Virus record (IMG/VR): IMGVR_UViG_3300020440_000010
Location: 1 to 64,000 of that record
Direction: 5' to 3' (one strand)
Source of the DNA: a virus
Taxonomy: Duplodnaviria > Caudoviricetes
DNA length: 64,000 nucleotides
The notes below the pieces were generated by a model. It ran no database searches. It saw only the letters and a program-made list of their open reading frames with translations, and was not told where the DNA came from. Position numbers and translations under genes: made by a program. The first letter of the stretch is position 1. Each line of letters starts with the position of its first letter. Positions 1-9,222 of the stretch are shown in pieces.

Positions 1-159
1 TCAGACGTAACTGTAGAGTATCATCAACACGAACTACACTATTGGCAGGAGAGATTGGAAAGTTGGCAAACGCGGTTTCCCCAAAATCAATCACTGCATG
101 ACGAAGCACACATGGAGATCGACATCATACGATCACACATCAAGCAGGAGCATGAATGA
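1..159 (+). CDS. Hypothetical protein, 5'-truncated by the window edge (..SDVTVEYHQHELHYW..KQEHE*)
   Basis: Frame 1 is open from base 1 to TGA at 157-159, which overlaps the next ATG (ATGA). Confidence 0.6.
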   Translation, partial: SDVTVEYHQHELHYWQERLESWQTRFPQNQSLHDEAHMEIDIIRSHIKQEHE

Positions 160-449
160 TGCTGAGACTGTTTTCATACACCGTTATCATCACAGCATGG
201 CTTGTGACGATCACAGCAACAGCACAGTCAGATCACACATTTGAAGAATTCGAACTCAGAGAACAGTTACAGACGTTACAGATAAATCTCTGGGAACTAC
301 TGCATCAAAACACCTATGTTGATGACGGTGTGAGACCTGTGGTGCATGAAGAAATTCGAACGATACTTGAGAGTGTTAGTGCAACTGTTTCGGATCTATT
401 GGAGGCGTATGAGAGAAATCAGCCCCATGTTCCTCCTCCTGCTCCTTGA
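156..449 (+). CDS. Hypothetical exported protein
   Basis: Hydrophobic N-terminus ending ATA-Q looks like a signal peptide; ATGA coupling to the upstream ORF. Confidence 0.55.
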   Translation: MMLRLFSYTVIITAWLVTITATAQSDHTFEEFELREQLQTLQINLWELLHQNTYVDDGVRPVVHEEIRTILESVSATVSDLLEAYERNQPHVPPPAP

Positions 450-609
450 TCCATGTTTTGAGAAAGTTCAGATAGTCAACCAATATATCATAAGAAGCCT
501 GATGAAAACGATCGCCTGTTTGCACGTACAGTTCTGAGTGCTGATCAATCAGACGGCTTACTGCCTGTATGTGTTCCTGCCAAGGTTGTCTTACGTCGTC
601 CCACGCCAT
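376..609 (-). CDS. Hypothetical protein (MAWDDVRQPW...)
   Basis: Internal ATG at 609 follows on from 591..1166; helical, phage-like composition; overlaps the 3' end of 156..449. Confidence 0.45.
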   Translation of the reverse strand: MAWDDVRQPWQEHIQAVSRLIDQHSELYVQTGDRFHQASYDILVDYLNFLKTWIKEQEEEHGADFSHTPPIDPKQLH

Positions 610-1166
610 GATTCTTCTCCTGGGTAAAATTCCACGGTGCTTTTCCATAAATCACCATCGGGTGTGCAACTGGGCACATGATAGAGATCAGTGTCTGCCA
701 ATCCACCACGTGTTTGCATGAATTTCAAAACTCTGTTGCTGTACACATATAGGCTGTTGGGTTTGGCATTCAACACTCGCATACACAGACCTGGGTTGAC
801 CTGTGTTTGATGTGTTTGCAGTTCTGTGACATTACTGTACTGTGAAAAGTCTCTGAATGCACCATTGCCACGCAACCAAAGATATCTACGGTTTTCCAAT
901 ATGGGAATATCTGTGGCAGTTTTATATGATCGTGCTATCATGCCCATGCTTTCAAACTTTTCCGCTGATCCTACTGTTATAATTTCTCTTACTCCGCCTA
1001 TGTCATTGATCTTTTGATCCCAATAGTCCCAACACAGCCAATGACTGGCAATTACAGCATCATAGTCTGATATCTTCACGGCTGGATGTGTTACCTTTTG
1101 ATGCTCCTGACAAGGTATCCATGTGTGTGAATGCTGAGGATCTTTAATCTGCGTAGTTAATATCAT
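591..1166 (-). CDS. Hypothetical protein
   Basis: 191-aa ORF with TAAATA 6 nt upstream of the ATG on the minus strand. Confidence 0.65.
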   Translation of the reverse strand: MILTTQIKDPQHSHTWIPCQEHQKVTHPAVKISDYDAVIASHWLCWDYWDQKINDIGGVREIITVGSAEKFESMGMIARSYKTATDIPILENRRYLWLRGNGAFRDFSQYSNVTELQTHQTQVNPGLCMRVLNAKPNSLYVYSNRVLKFMQTRGGLADTDLYHVPSCTPDGDLWKSTVEFYPGEESWRGTT

Positions 1167-1198
1167 CGTAGATATTTACCACTTTGATCTTCCTAAGG

Positions 1199-1228
1199 TT
1201 GACTTTTATTAAATAATCATGTTATAGT
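1199..1228 (+). promoter_or_regulatory. Sigma70-like (early) promoter TTGACT-N18-TATAGT
   Basis: Near-consensus hexamers in the divergent intergenic gap before 1253. Confidence 0.55.
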
Positions 1229-1252
1229 GTACACATAAAGTAGAAAGAAACA

Positions 1253-1477
1253 ATGACAGAAAACATAATAAACAGAGATGAATTTCTAAAACGCAAGAAA
1301 GAACAGCAGATTGATATGTGGCGACTGGGAGAACTTTCGGACAGAGAGTTTGTGGACTGGATCCTGGTATGGGGTGATGATGAAGATGTAGAATGGCTCA
1401 GCCAAAACCTAGCACATGATTTTGATATAGATATAGGAGAACCAACCAATGACAATGATAGACCTCAAACACCTTAA
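1253..1477 (+). CDS. Hypothetical acidic protein
   Basis: ORF directly downstream of the promoter. Confidence 0.6.
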   Translation: MTENIINRDEFLKRKKEQQIDMWRLGELSDREFVDWILVWGDDEDVEWLSQNLAHDFDIDIGEPTNDNDRPQTP

Positions 1478-1724
1478 AGAAAGTTACAAAGTAAGTGGAC
1501 GCAAACCCACACACGCACTGGGCAGATACCTGTGGCATTGGGGATTTGCTATGAAAGAAGCAGTGATGCTGGCATGGTTGGCAGTGTTGAGTGTGATTCA
1601 CGCATTTGTACCTTGGCTGTTTGGTTGGGGATTACTAGAAAAGCACGTTGAAATGTTGAAATATACCAAGAGCAAAGTTCCCAACAATAAGACAATGAAA
1701 ACTGTGAAATTCCTCAAAGAATAG
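1449..1724 (+). CDS. Small membrane protein, DUF6356-like
   Basis: HWGFAM...LSVIHAFVPWLF pattern resembles the DUF6356 family (from memory). Confidence 0.55.
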   Translation: MTMIDLKHLKESYKVSGRKPTHALGRYLWHWGFAMKEAVMLAWLAVLSVIHAFVPWLFGWGLLEKHVEMLKYTKSKVPNNKTMKTVKFLKE

Positions 1725-1754
1725 CAATAAATATTTGTAACACAGGAGGTTAAC

Positions 1755-1967
1755 ATGACTAAAAGTGTTACTATTAATCTAAGTGTTGGCGACGAAATAC
1801 TCGTAGGCAAGTTTAGAAACAGCAGAGCAAAGATAACCAAGATTGAAGTAGCCAAGAGTGGCGATGTTCTGTTAAAGACCACAAAGGGTGAACGCATGGC
1901 CCTTACCTTCCGTAGAGTTCCTGAAGAATTTGAAGATTCACGCAGACCCGCAGACAAGTACAGATAA
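1755..1967 (+). CDS. Hypothetical protein
   Basis: Strong SD (AGGAGG) upstream. Confidence 0.7.
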   Translation: MTKSVTINLSVGDEILVGKFRNSRAKITKIEVAKSGDVLLKTTKGERMALTFRRVPEEFEDSRRPADKYR

Positions 1968-1980
1968 AATAAATAACTGT

Positions 1981-2208
1981 ATGAAAGCGATTGAATTCAT
2001 CACGGAAAAAAAGAAAGAACGCAACAGAGGCAAAGCAAGTCGCAAACTCTGTGCAAGTCCTAAGAAACTAGGCAACAGTGATCAAAGCAGTTGCGTAGCA
2101 CAAGGTCTACGTCCGAGGAATTCAGGAAAGAAACACAAAGGTAAAAGTCTCAAAGGTCGTAGAGTAAAAGCGGCCAAGTACGGCGGACCATTAAAGGATT
2201 ATTCATAA
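1981..2208 (+). CDS. Small basic protein, possibly internal head protein (start moved to MKAIEFITE)
   Basis: TAAATA-N5-ATG at 1970-1983; K/R-rich; shared N-terminal motif. Confidence 0.65.
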   Translation: MKAIEFITEKKKERNRGKASRKLCASPKKLGNSDQSSCVAQGLRPRNSGKKHKGKSLKGRRVKAAKYGGPLKDYS

Positions 2209-3005
2209 TGCGAATACAAGAACTACATGAAAACAAATGGAGAGAGTTTGCTGACAAACTAAAACGTTTGATTGCAGGAGATAAAGAAGCATTTACTCGA
2301 GGTGATATTAAAAATTATAGTTTTCCTATGCGAGGACTTTCAGGTACCAGAGGCGAAGATGTAAAAGGATTACAGACTGCACTGAATGGTTTAGGTTTTG
2401 ATGCAGGTACAGAAGATGGCATCTACGGAAACAAAACGACAATGGCCGTTAGACAGTTTCAAAGAACATACGGTCTAAGAGTAGACGGTGATGCAGGACC
2501 TGAAGTTGCTAAAACACTTAATGGTATAGTTGCAGGCACGATAGAAAAAGCAAGACCCAAAGCAGTTGGTAAAAAAAGAGGTAGAGTAAGAATTGGTCCT
2601 AACGCAGATGTCAAATCAATTATCACTGGCATGGCAAGAAAATACCGCATCAACAAAGATGTTGTTATGGCAGTTGCAAAAGTAGAAAGCAATTTTGAAA
2701 TTGATGCTGTTGGTGACACAGATCTAAGTCAACCTGCCTATGGTGTTATGCAGATAAGAATGCCTGCTTACCTTGATGCAAGAAAACACACTAGCCTAAG
2801 ATGGGATTGGGAAGAAGTTAAGACAGAACCCAAAGCAAACATAGAAGCGGGTATTGCCTACCTTGCAGTAGGTAGAGATGTTTATGGTTACACAGATTAC
2901 AATGACCTTGTAAGATTTTACAACGGCGGACCTAATGGACCTAAAAGAAATAGCACAATAGGTTATCACGCAAAAGTAGTTAGAGCATATAAAAGTTTAG
3001 TATAA
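2208..3005 (+). CDS. Peptidoglycan-binding domain plus SLT-type lytic transglycosylase
   Basis: PG_binding_1 pattern (DVKGLQTALNGLGF..DGIYG..T..AVRQFQ..GL.VDG.AGP) then SLT motifs (AVAKVESNF, YGVMQI, FYNGG). Confidence 0.85.
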   Translation: MRIQELHENKWREFADKLKRLIAGDKEAFTRGDIKNYSFPMRGLSGTRGEDVKGLQTALNGLGFDAGTEDGIYGNKTTMAVRQFQRTYGLRVDGDAGPEVAKTLNGIVAGTIEKARPKAVGKKRGRVRIGPNADVKSIITGMARKYRINKDVVMAVAKVESNFEIDAVGDTDLSQPAYGVMQIRMPAYLDARKHTSLRWDWEEVKTEPKANIEAGIAYLAVGRDVYGYTDYNDLVRFYNGGPNGPKRNSTIGYHAKVVRAYKSLV

Positions 3006-3919
3006 TGAGACACTACGAACTAACAGAAAGTGCAAGGATGTGGGACAACATCATTGCTAATCTCAAACAAAGTCCTAGCATAACAGATCCTAGACGACAG
3101 TTTAGAAATGACCCAGGTGGTTATCACAGAAGTTCTAGACAGATATTTCACACATGGGCCAAGCAGAGAATGAAAGGTTATCGTGCAGGCATACTAAGAT
3201 CCAATGTTCCAACAAGCAGAATATGTTTTCTTGCTTTCGTAGGATTGATGCAGAGAGAATGTGGAATACCCGTAACAGGAATATTTGATACTGCAACTGT
3301 TAGAGCATTTGCACAAAACCAAGACAAGTTTACTGATCCTTACATCAGCAGTAGAGTAAAACAATATCTAGATCCTAAGATTCCAAGAGAATATTATGAA
3401 GTTGTGAAAAAGATAGAAAACCAAAGCACCGGTGGAGCACAATGGTCAAGTGCATACGCAACCTATTGGAACTACACAGGCAATCAAGATTTTGGTATAG
3501 GTCCAGGACAAGTAGAACCTGAAACCTATAACAAAGATGTAAAGAAATATGGTCATGCAAAATCAAACTTTGACTTTGCTAACTTTGAACACGTGACATC
3601 AATTGAAAGACTAACAAAACTAATGAATGATGCTATCAACAGAAAGATGGAGATAGCAGAAGCCAAGGGTGGATCACTAGAAGCATTTGCTAAAGCATGG
3701 AATCCGGATCATTGGGACAAAGCAACTGCGGTGTTAAGAAACAAAGGTGATGATAACAAAACTGTTTCAGTGCCAAAACCAAAACCAAGACCAGACCAAG
3801 TTGGAAACAAAGAGCCTGATGATATTGAAGATTTCAAAACGAACAAACAGGTAGCCAAAGCACCAAGCAAAGGTTTGGTAAGTCGAATTGGAAAAGTATT
3901 ACAAGGTTATTTTCAATAA
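3005..3919 (+). CDS. Hypothetical protein with a possible PG-binding segment
   Basis: LMQRECGIPVTGIFDTATVRAF resembles a PG-binding helix pair; N-terminus MRHYELTE. Confidence 0.6.
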   Translation: MRHYELTESARMWDNIIANLKQSPSITDPRRQFRNDPGGYHRSSRQIFHTWAKQRMKGYRAGILRSNVPTSRICFLAFVGLMQRECGIPVTGIFDTATVRAFAQNQDKFTDPYISSRVKQYLDPKIPREYYEVVKKIENQSTGGAQWSSAYATYWNYTGNQDFGIGPGQVEPETYNKDVKKYGHAKSNFDFANFEHVTSIERLTKLMNDAINRKMEIAEAKGGSLEAFAKAWNPDHWDKATAVLRNKGDDNKTVSVPKPKPRPDQVGNKEPDDIEDFKTNKQVAKAPSKGLVSRIGKVLQGYFQ

Positions 3920-3923
3920 ACAC

Positions 3924-3951
3924 TTGACAAAATACAAAACCGTGTTATATT
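3924..3951 (+). promoter_or_regulatory. Sigma70-like promoter TTGACA-N16-TATATT
   Basis: Consensus -35; the ATG at 3958 lies 6 nt after the -10. Confidence 0.5.
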
Positions 3952-3957
3952 AATAGT

Positions 3958-4203
3958 ATGAAATGGTTTATTGTATATATTGTAACAACGTTCGGTGCAC
4001 CTACTGACGTTGTGATTACTCAAAAAAGTTATGACACTTTGGCACAATGCCAATTGCATGAATACTTTGAAAGAGATGACAAAGGTACTTTCAATGCCTT
4101 GTGTGTTCAAGAGAATACATTTGAAGACTTTACAAGAAATGATTTTGCAGATGCTTTGGTTGTTGACACTAGACAATTCAAAATAAAAACTCACAGACAT
4201 TAA
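3958..4203 (+). CDS. Hypothetical protein
   Basis: ORF after promoter; hydrophobic N-terminus. Confidence 0.6.
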   Translation: MKWFIVYIVTTFGAPTDVVITQKSYDTLAQCQLHEYFERDDKGTFNALCVQENTFEDFTRNDFADALVVDTRQFKIKTHRH

Positions 4204-4220
4204 ATTCTGTAAATACAGTC

Positions 4221-4886
4221 ATGCAAGATAATAACTTACCACTAGGACACCAAAGTGGGGCCAATATGAGAGACCCACAAAACCCATTCCCTGATTTTAA
4301 TGCAGAGTATGATGACTTTATAGGAAAGTACACAGGTGTATTTGATGCACAATGGTGTGCTGACGTGATAGATCATTTCAAGTATCTAAAAGCAAGTGGT
4401 CACACTTTCAACAGACAGTATCAACAACATCAAAAGCACAGACAGGACGATGAAAGTTATCTGACAGCAGAAGAATGGGATCATCAACTTAGATCAAGAA
4501 ACAGTTTAGTAAACAACGGTTTCAATATGGGCATGGAGTATTGCCTTAATGATTATATGACAAAATATAGTATTCTTCAAACCTGTCAGCAGATGAAACT
4601 TACCAGCATTAGGATTCAAGAAACAGGCAGTGGTGGAGGATTTCACAGTTGGCACAGTGAGAGACAAAGTAACTTAACTTCCAACAGAAAACTTGTTACA
4701 ATGGTTTATTTGAACACAATTCAAAACGGTGGTGAAACAGAATTTCTTTATCAAGCAAAAAGAATTAGACCAGAACAAGGACTTGCACTAATTTGGCCTG
4801 CAGATTTTACACATACCCACAGAGGCAATCCACCGTTGGCAGAAACAAAATATATTGTTACAAGTTGGTTTGAGTTCGCAGTATGA
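4221..4886 (+). CDS. 2OG-Fe(II) oxygenase (prolyl-hydroxylase-like)
   Basis: FHSWHSE, YLN...GGETEF, THTHRGNPP...KYIVTSW. Confidence 0.9.
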   Translation: MQDNNLPLGHQSGANMRDPQNPFPDFNAEYDDFIGKYTGVFDAQWCADVIDHFKYLKASGHTFNRQYQQHQKHRQDDESYLTAEEWDHQLRSRNSLVNNGFNMGMEYCLNDYMTKYSILQTCQQMKLTSIRIQETGSGGGFHSWHSERQSNLTSNRKLVTMVYLNTIQNGGETEFLYQAKRIRPEQGLALIWPADFTHTHRGNPPLAETKYIVTSWFEFAV

Positions 4887-5473
4887 CAGCAGAGTTTGAT
4901 CAATTCATCGGCACATTCACAGATGTATTTTCAGATGAATACTGTGATGAAGTAGTTAAACACTACAAGTACCTTGAAGGTATGGGACAAACTGTTACCC
5001 GCGATGAAACTAATAATACGCCAACCATACAGATAGATGACGATGCTTATGTGCCTATTGATGAATGGGACGAACAGGTAAGGATTCATAATTTTAAAAT
5101 TAACAAAAGTTTTATTGATGGTATGAACTTCTGTCTTGATGCTTATATTAAAAAATACAGTGCATTGACTTTGTTCAAACCTATCAGCATACAGGTAAAC
5201 AAAATACAAAAAACAAACATAGGCGGCGGGTTTCATGCTTGGCACGCCGAACACGGAGCCAAAGATGTTTCGCACAGAGTTTTGGCTTGTATGTTATTTC
5301 TAAACGATGTCCAAAATGGCGGAGAAACAGAGTTCTTATACCAAACTAAAAGAGTGAACGCAAAGAAAGGCACTGCTCTTATTTGGCCTGCAGGGTTTTC
5401 TCACGTACACAGAGGCAATCCACCACTTTCCAATACAAAGTATATCATTACCAGTTGGTTTGAATACGTTTAA
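4883..5473 (+). CDS. 2OG-Fe(II) oxygenase, tandem paralogue of 4221..4886
   Basis: FHAWHAE, FLNDVQNGGETEF, SHVHRGNPP...KYIITSW. Confidence 0.9.
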   Translation: MTAEFDQFIGTFTDVFSDEYCDEVVKHYKYLEGMGQTVTRDETNNTPTIQIDDDAYVPIDEWDEQVRIHNFKINKSFIDGMNFCLDAYIKKYSALTLFKPISIQVNKIQKTNIGGGFHAWHAEHGAKDVSHRVLACMLFLNDVQNGGETEFLYQTKRVNAKKGTALIWPAGFSHVHRGNPPLSNTKYIITSWFEYV

Positions 5474-5545
5474 CCAAACCACATTTAACACCCCGCAAAC
5501 ACCTGGTGGCCTAAATACAAGTACTTAAAACAAAGGAGTACTAAA

Positions 5546-5722
5546 ATGGCAACACATGATGACATTAAAACGGCTGTGGAAAAATACCTAGCAGAATCAG
5601 AAGCATTTGAAACTAAAGGTGTAAAAGCGGCGGCAACTAGAGCAAGAGCGGCACTTAACGATTTGGGTAAATTAACAAAAGTAAGACGTAAAGAGATTCA
5701 GGATAAGAAAAACTCGATGTAA
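5546..5722 (+). CDS. Hc1/histone-H1-like small basic protein, 58 aa (not in ORF track)
   Basis: MATHDDIKTAVEKYLAESEAFETKGVKAAATRARAALNDLGKLTKVRRKEIQDKKNSM; SD AAGGAG; the G.KAA.TRAR.AL..L.K motif matches Hc1-like proteins. Confidence 0.8.
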   Translation: MATHDDIKTAVEKYLAESEAFETKGVKAAATRARAALNDLGKLTKVRRKEIQDKKNSM

Positions 5723-6276
5723 TGTTGAACTCTGAATGGCCAACTCATATCCTTCATTCAAATATAAAAGACACGGACTATTGTCAAGAACTCTTTCATT
5801 ATTTGATTTCCACGTACGGAGATGAGTGGCCAAACAGTTTTGCCCAAAAAGATATATTTTCACACACAGACCATAAGAATCCCATATTTGATAAAGCACA
5901 ATCCTTTATCCAAAGCAGTATACAAGAATTATTTTTTATTGCTTTCCAAACTATACCAAAACACATTGTTAAAACATTTGCAACCAATCATACTAATATT
6001 GGTCTACATCAGCATCAAGGCAGTTTGATAAGTGGAGTCTTTTATGTTTACTGTGAAAGTGGACTATTAACTTTACACGATCCTAGATTAAATGCCCAAA
6101 GAGGTTATCCAAATGAATTACAGAAGTACTTTGAACCAAAGAAGATAGCACCCAAAACAGGAGATATAATATTGTTTCCAAGTTTTCTACAACACGAAGT
6201 TGCATATAATTTAAGTAAGCAACCACGTGTTATTATGCCTTTTGATGTGTTTGGAGATCAAGATCATTTTGGATAG
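5722..6276 (+). CDS. Putative 2OG-Fe(II) oxygenase (TIGR02466-like)
   Basis: LHQHQGSLISGVFYV..LTLHDPR..GDIILFPSFLQHEV. Confidence 0.8.
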   Translation: MLNSEWPTHILHSNIKDTDYCQELFHYLISTYGDEWPNSFAQKDIFSHTDHKNPIFDKAQSFIQSSIQELFFIAFQTIPKHIVKTFATNHTNIGLHQHQGSLISGVFYVYCESGLLTLHDPRLNAQRGYPNELQKYFEPKKIAPKTGDIILFPSFLQHEVAYNLSKQPRVIMPFDVFGDQDHFG

Positions 6277-6357
6277 TTTTTTCGGTTGACTAATAGGTAA
6301 AACCGTAGTATATTAAGTATATAATTAATTAACAAGGCAAACAAAGGCAGGTACTAA

Positions 6358-6615
6358 ATGGGATTAGAGCGAAGATCGTTAAACAACATTGATGTTAAGT
6401 TCGCACAAAAAGATATTAATCCACCAAGTATGTGGTGGGAATATGGAACACTTTGGGCAGATACCAACAGTGAAGAAGATGTTCAAATTATTAAAGAAGG
6501 TCTTGAAGAAATGTTGATGCCACATTGTGAAGTTAAAGTTTCAAAATTAAAAGCAACAGATACAGAACCATGGGATCAATATGCGTTCGATGTATGTGAT
6601 AAGGTATACAATTAA
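6358..6615 (+). CDS. Hypothetical protein
   Basis: ORF after an AT-rich promoter-like gap. Confidence 0.65.
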   Translation: MGLERRSLNNIDVKFAQKDINPPSMWWEYGTLWADTNSEEDVQIIKEGLEEMLMPHCEVKVSKLKATDTEPWDQYAFDVCDKVYN

Positions 6616-6929
6616 TGTTTTGGATTAGAGCACATAAAGATTTCATACAGAAAAATGAAGTCGAAATGGAAAGCAAACTTCAGTTCGTTGGAGAAAAACA
6701 ATTGAGTGAAGGAAGTTGTGCTTATGTGTCTAACCTAACTGATGAAAGAATAATGATATATTGGTACAACAAAGAAGATACAAGAAAGTTAGTGCAGACA
6801 GCAGAACTTTCAAGACCAATGATCATAAACACTGCCCATCCTGTTACACTTAAAAATTTAGGTGATAAGAGTGCGGTGGTAGACTATGTAGATTTGAATA
6901 CAGTAATAGAAAATTATAGAGGGATATAA
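6615..6929 (+). CDS. Hypothetical protein
   Basis: Translationally coupled (TAATG) to both neighbours. Confidence 0.6.
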   Translation: MFWIRAHKDFIQKNEVEMESKLQFVGEKQLSEGSCAYVSNLTDERIMIYWYNKEDTRKLVQTAELSRPMIINTAHPVTLKNLGDKSAVVDYVDLNTVIENYRGI

Positions 6930-8257
6930 TGAGAACACAACCACAAGATATAATCTTAGAATTGGAAGCAGATAATTCACGACTAGCCAAAGAAGCAGTC
7001 CTACAAAAGTACATGGAGAGTAGCGAAGGCTATGGTGAATTCTTTGAAGGTGTTAGAATGGCTTTGGACAAGTTGTATACTTTTGGTGTACAACAAGTTC
7101 CACAAGCAACACAAGATGGACAAGGACTTGAATGGTCAGTGTTCAAAGATCTTGCAGAAAAATTACAACGCAGAGAGTTGACTGGTCATGCGGCCAGAGA
7201 TGCAATTGAATTATCAAAGAACGTTGCAACAGTATCGCAATGGAACAATTTTTACAGACGTATTCTTATTAAAGATTTACGATGTGGAGTTTCAGAAAAA
7301 ACTGTGAACAAGATAGCAAAGAAGACTAAGAAGGCAGAATACAGTGTACCAGTATTTGAGTGTATGTTGGCACACGATTCAGCAAAACATCAAAAGAAAG
7401 TGAGTGGAAAAGTATGTCTGGATAAAAAATTAGACGGTGTAAGAGTTCTCACAGTCATAGACTGTGCTATGGGAGATGTCGTGTCGCAATATACTAGAAA
7501 TGGCAAGGCCTTGAAGAACTTCACCAAACTAACAAATTTTTTAAAATCTAAGGTCCTTGAATCAGGATCGAGAGCAATGGTGCTAGATGGCGAAATCGTA
7601 TCTAGTTCTTTTCAGGACTTGATGAAACAAGTTCATAGAAAGGACAACGTACAAGCGGACGATGCCGTATTGCAACTGTTTGATATAATACCGTTAAGTG
7701 AATTCAAGCAGGGCAAGTCTACTCTTAACCAACGTCAGCGCCATGTGTTTCTTAAAGAATATTGCAAGATATTTGATGGTTTCGACAATATTCAGATCAT
7801 TCCTAAAATAGAAGTTGACCTTGACACTCAAGAAGGTCAGAAAACTTTTACAGAGTTTAACAAAGAAGCAATTGAACAAGGCTATGAAGGTATCATGATT
7901 AAAGATCCTACTGCAAAATATGAGTGTAAAAGATCTACTGCATGGTTAAAACAAAAGCCTTTTATAGAAGTAAGTTTAGAAGTAAAAGCAACAGAAGAAG
8001 GTACAGGTAGAAACGTAGGCAAACTTGGTGCTTTGATCTGCGAAGGTACAGATGATGGAAAGCATATCAAGGTTAATGTTGGTAGTGGATTATCTGATTG
8101 GCAACGTGATGAGTTCTGGGAACAGAAGGAAAAAATGATAGGTATGATTGCAGAAGTTAGAGCAGATGCAATTACACAGAATCAAGATGGTTCATATAGT
8201 TTGAGATTTCCAAGGTTTAAAACATTCAGAGGCTTTGCAGAAGGAGAGAAAATATGA
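6929..8257 (+). CDS. lig: ATP-dependent DNA ligase
   Basis: Motif I KKLDGVR, LDGEI, FDII, EGIMIKD, WLKQKP, and a C-terminal OB fold with SLRFPRF. Confidence 0.95.
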   Translation: MRTQPQDIILELEADNSRLAKEAVLQKYMESSEGYGEFFEGVRMALDKLYTFGVQQVPQATQDGQGLEWSVFKDLAEKLQRRELTGHAARDAIELSKNVATVSQWNNFYRRILIKDLRCGVSEKTVNKIAKKTKKAEYSVPVFECMLAHDSAKHQKKVSGKVCLDKKLDGVRVLTVIDCAMGDVVSQYTRNGKALKNFTKLTNFLKSKVLESGSRAMVLDGEIVSSSFQDLMKQVHRKDNVQADDAVLQLFDIIPLSEFKQGKSTLNQRQRHVFLKEYCKIFDGFDNIQIIPKIEVDLDTQEGQKTFTEFNKEAIEQGYEGIMIKDPTAKYECKRSTAWLKQKPFIEVSLEVKATEEGTGRNVGKLGALICEGTDDGKHIKVNVGSGLSDWQRDEFWEQKEKMIGMIAEVRADAITQNQDGSYSLRFPRFKTFRGFAEGEKI

Positions 8258-8628
8258 AGCGAATGATGATAGATGCGGCGACTATTCTTTTTGACGACTC
8301 AAAGAATGATCTTCGTGCATTACCTAAGACTGTAAGATTACAACTACTTACAACTTTAAGTTTTGTTTGGTCTACAGCCTTTACAATTTACATTTGGGGA
8401 ATTGTCCGTACAGACATTTGGACTGCTCTTGTAGTAGGACATATGGCAATAATTTTCGCGATGTATTACACATTCAAACAATTTCATAATGTAAAAAATA
8501 AACGATATCAGTTTGGAAGTTATCACAGTGTTGGTAGACAAAGAGCATACACTTGGGCACGTGATAAACAAGGCAATCCATATAGGGTTGCTCTTCCGGC
8601 GGGTGATCCTGGAGGAGAACACGAATGA
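8254..8628 (+). CDS. Hypothetical membrane protein
   Basis: Two hydrophobic segments; ATGA overlap with the ligase. Confidence 0.65.
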   Translation: MKRMMIDAATILFDDSKNDLRALPKTVRLQLLTTLSFVWSTAFTIYIWGIVRTDIWTALVVGHMAIIFAMYYTFKQFHNVKNKRYQFGSYHSVGRQRAYTWARDKQGNPYRVALPAGDPGGEHE

Positions 8629-8732
8629 TAGGTTTGTTCTTTCTAGGAATGATAGTAACCGTATTGTTTTTTATGGTATGGTTCAAAGTAATGGAATATG
8701 AACATAACAAAAGGTTGGGAGATGATTCATAA
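8625..8732 (+). CDS. 35-aa single-TM peptide MIGLFFLGMIVTVLFFMVWFKVMEYEHNKRLGDDS (not in ORF track)
   Basis: ATGA overlap with the preceding stop; SD GGAGGAG; fills the gap. Confidence 0.6.
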   Translation: MIGLFFLGMIVTVLFFMVWFKVMEYEHNKRLGDDS

Positions 8733-8913
8733 AATATCACAAATGTGTGACAAAGTATCAGTCATATATAATAAGAGTATGGAACTTCGTAGACTGAAGT
8801 ATGATACTCCTAAAGAATCCAGAGACGAGAATCAGATTAATTTCTTGGTTCAGGATATACAGGCCCTGTGTAGGGAAATAGCAAACGATACAACAACGTA
8901 TACAAAAACCTAG
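8722..8913 (+). CDS. Hypothetical protein (start uncertain)
   Basis: In frame with ORF 8698..8913; GGGAG upstream. Confidence 0.55.
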   Translation: MIHKISQMCDKVSVIYNKSMELRRLKYDTPKESRDENQINFLVQDIQALCREIANDTTTYTKT

Positions 8914-8928
8914 GAGAGGAGGTATAAT

Positions 8929-9222
8929 ATGTACAAAGTGATGATGTCAGTATTTTTAGCAGTAGGATTGTTAATTGCAGTTACGACTGGAATTGCAAAC
9001 TCAAATGAAAATACAGTATTACCAGAGAAGAAGCCTTTTACACTTGCACTTAAAAGCAAAGTGAATAGTGTCAACGATTGGTTAAACTCTAGACCAGACG
9101 CAGTGAACAACTGGGTTGAAGAAACTAAAGAGTACCAAAAGAATAGTTGGGCAGAAGGCAAAGCACAATTGATTAGAAATAAAAATTCTATCAAGTACTT
9201 TTTCTTAGGTGAAGAAAAGTAA
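8929..9222 (+). CDS. Hypothetical exported protein
   Basis: SD GGAGG; signal-peptide-like N-terminus. Confidence 0.7.
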   Translation: MYKVMMSVFLAVGLLIAVTTGIANSNENTVLPEKKPFTLALKSKVNSVNDWLNSRPDAVNNWVEETKEYQKNSWAEGKAQLIRNKNSIKYFFLGEEK

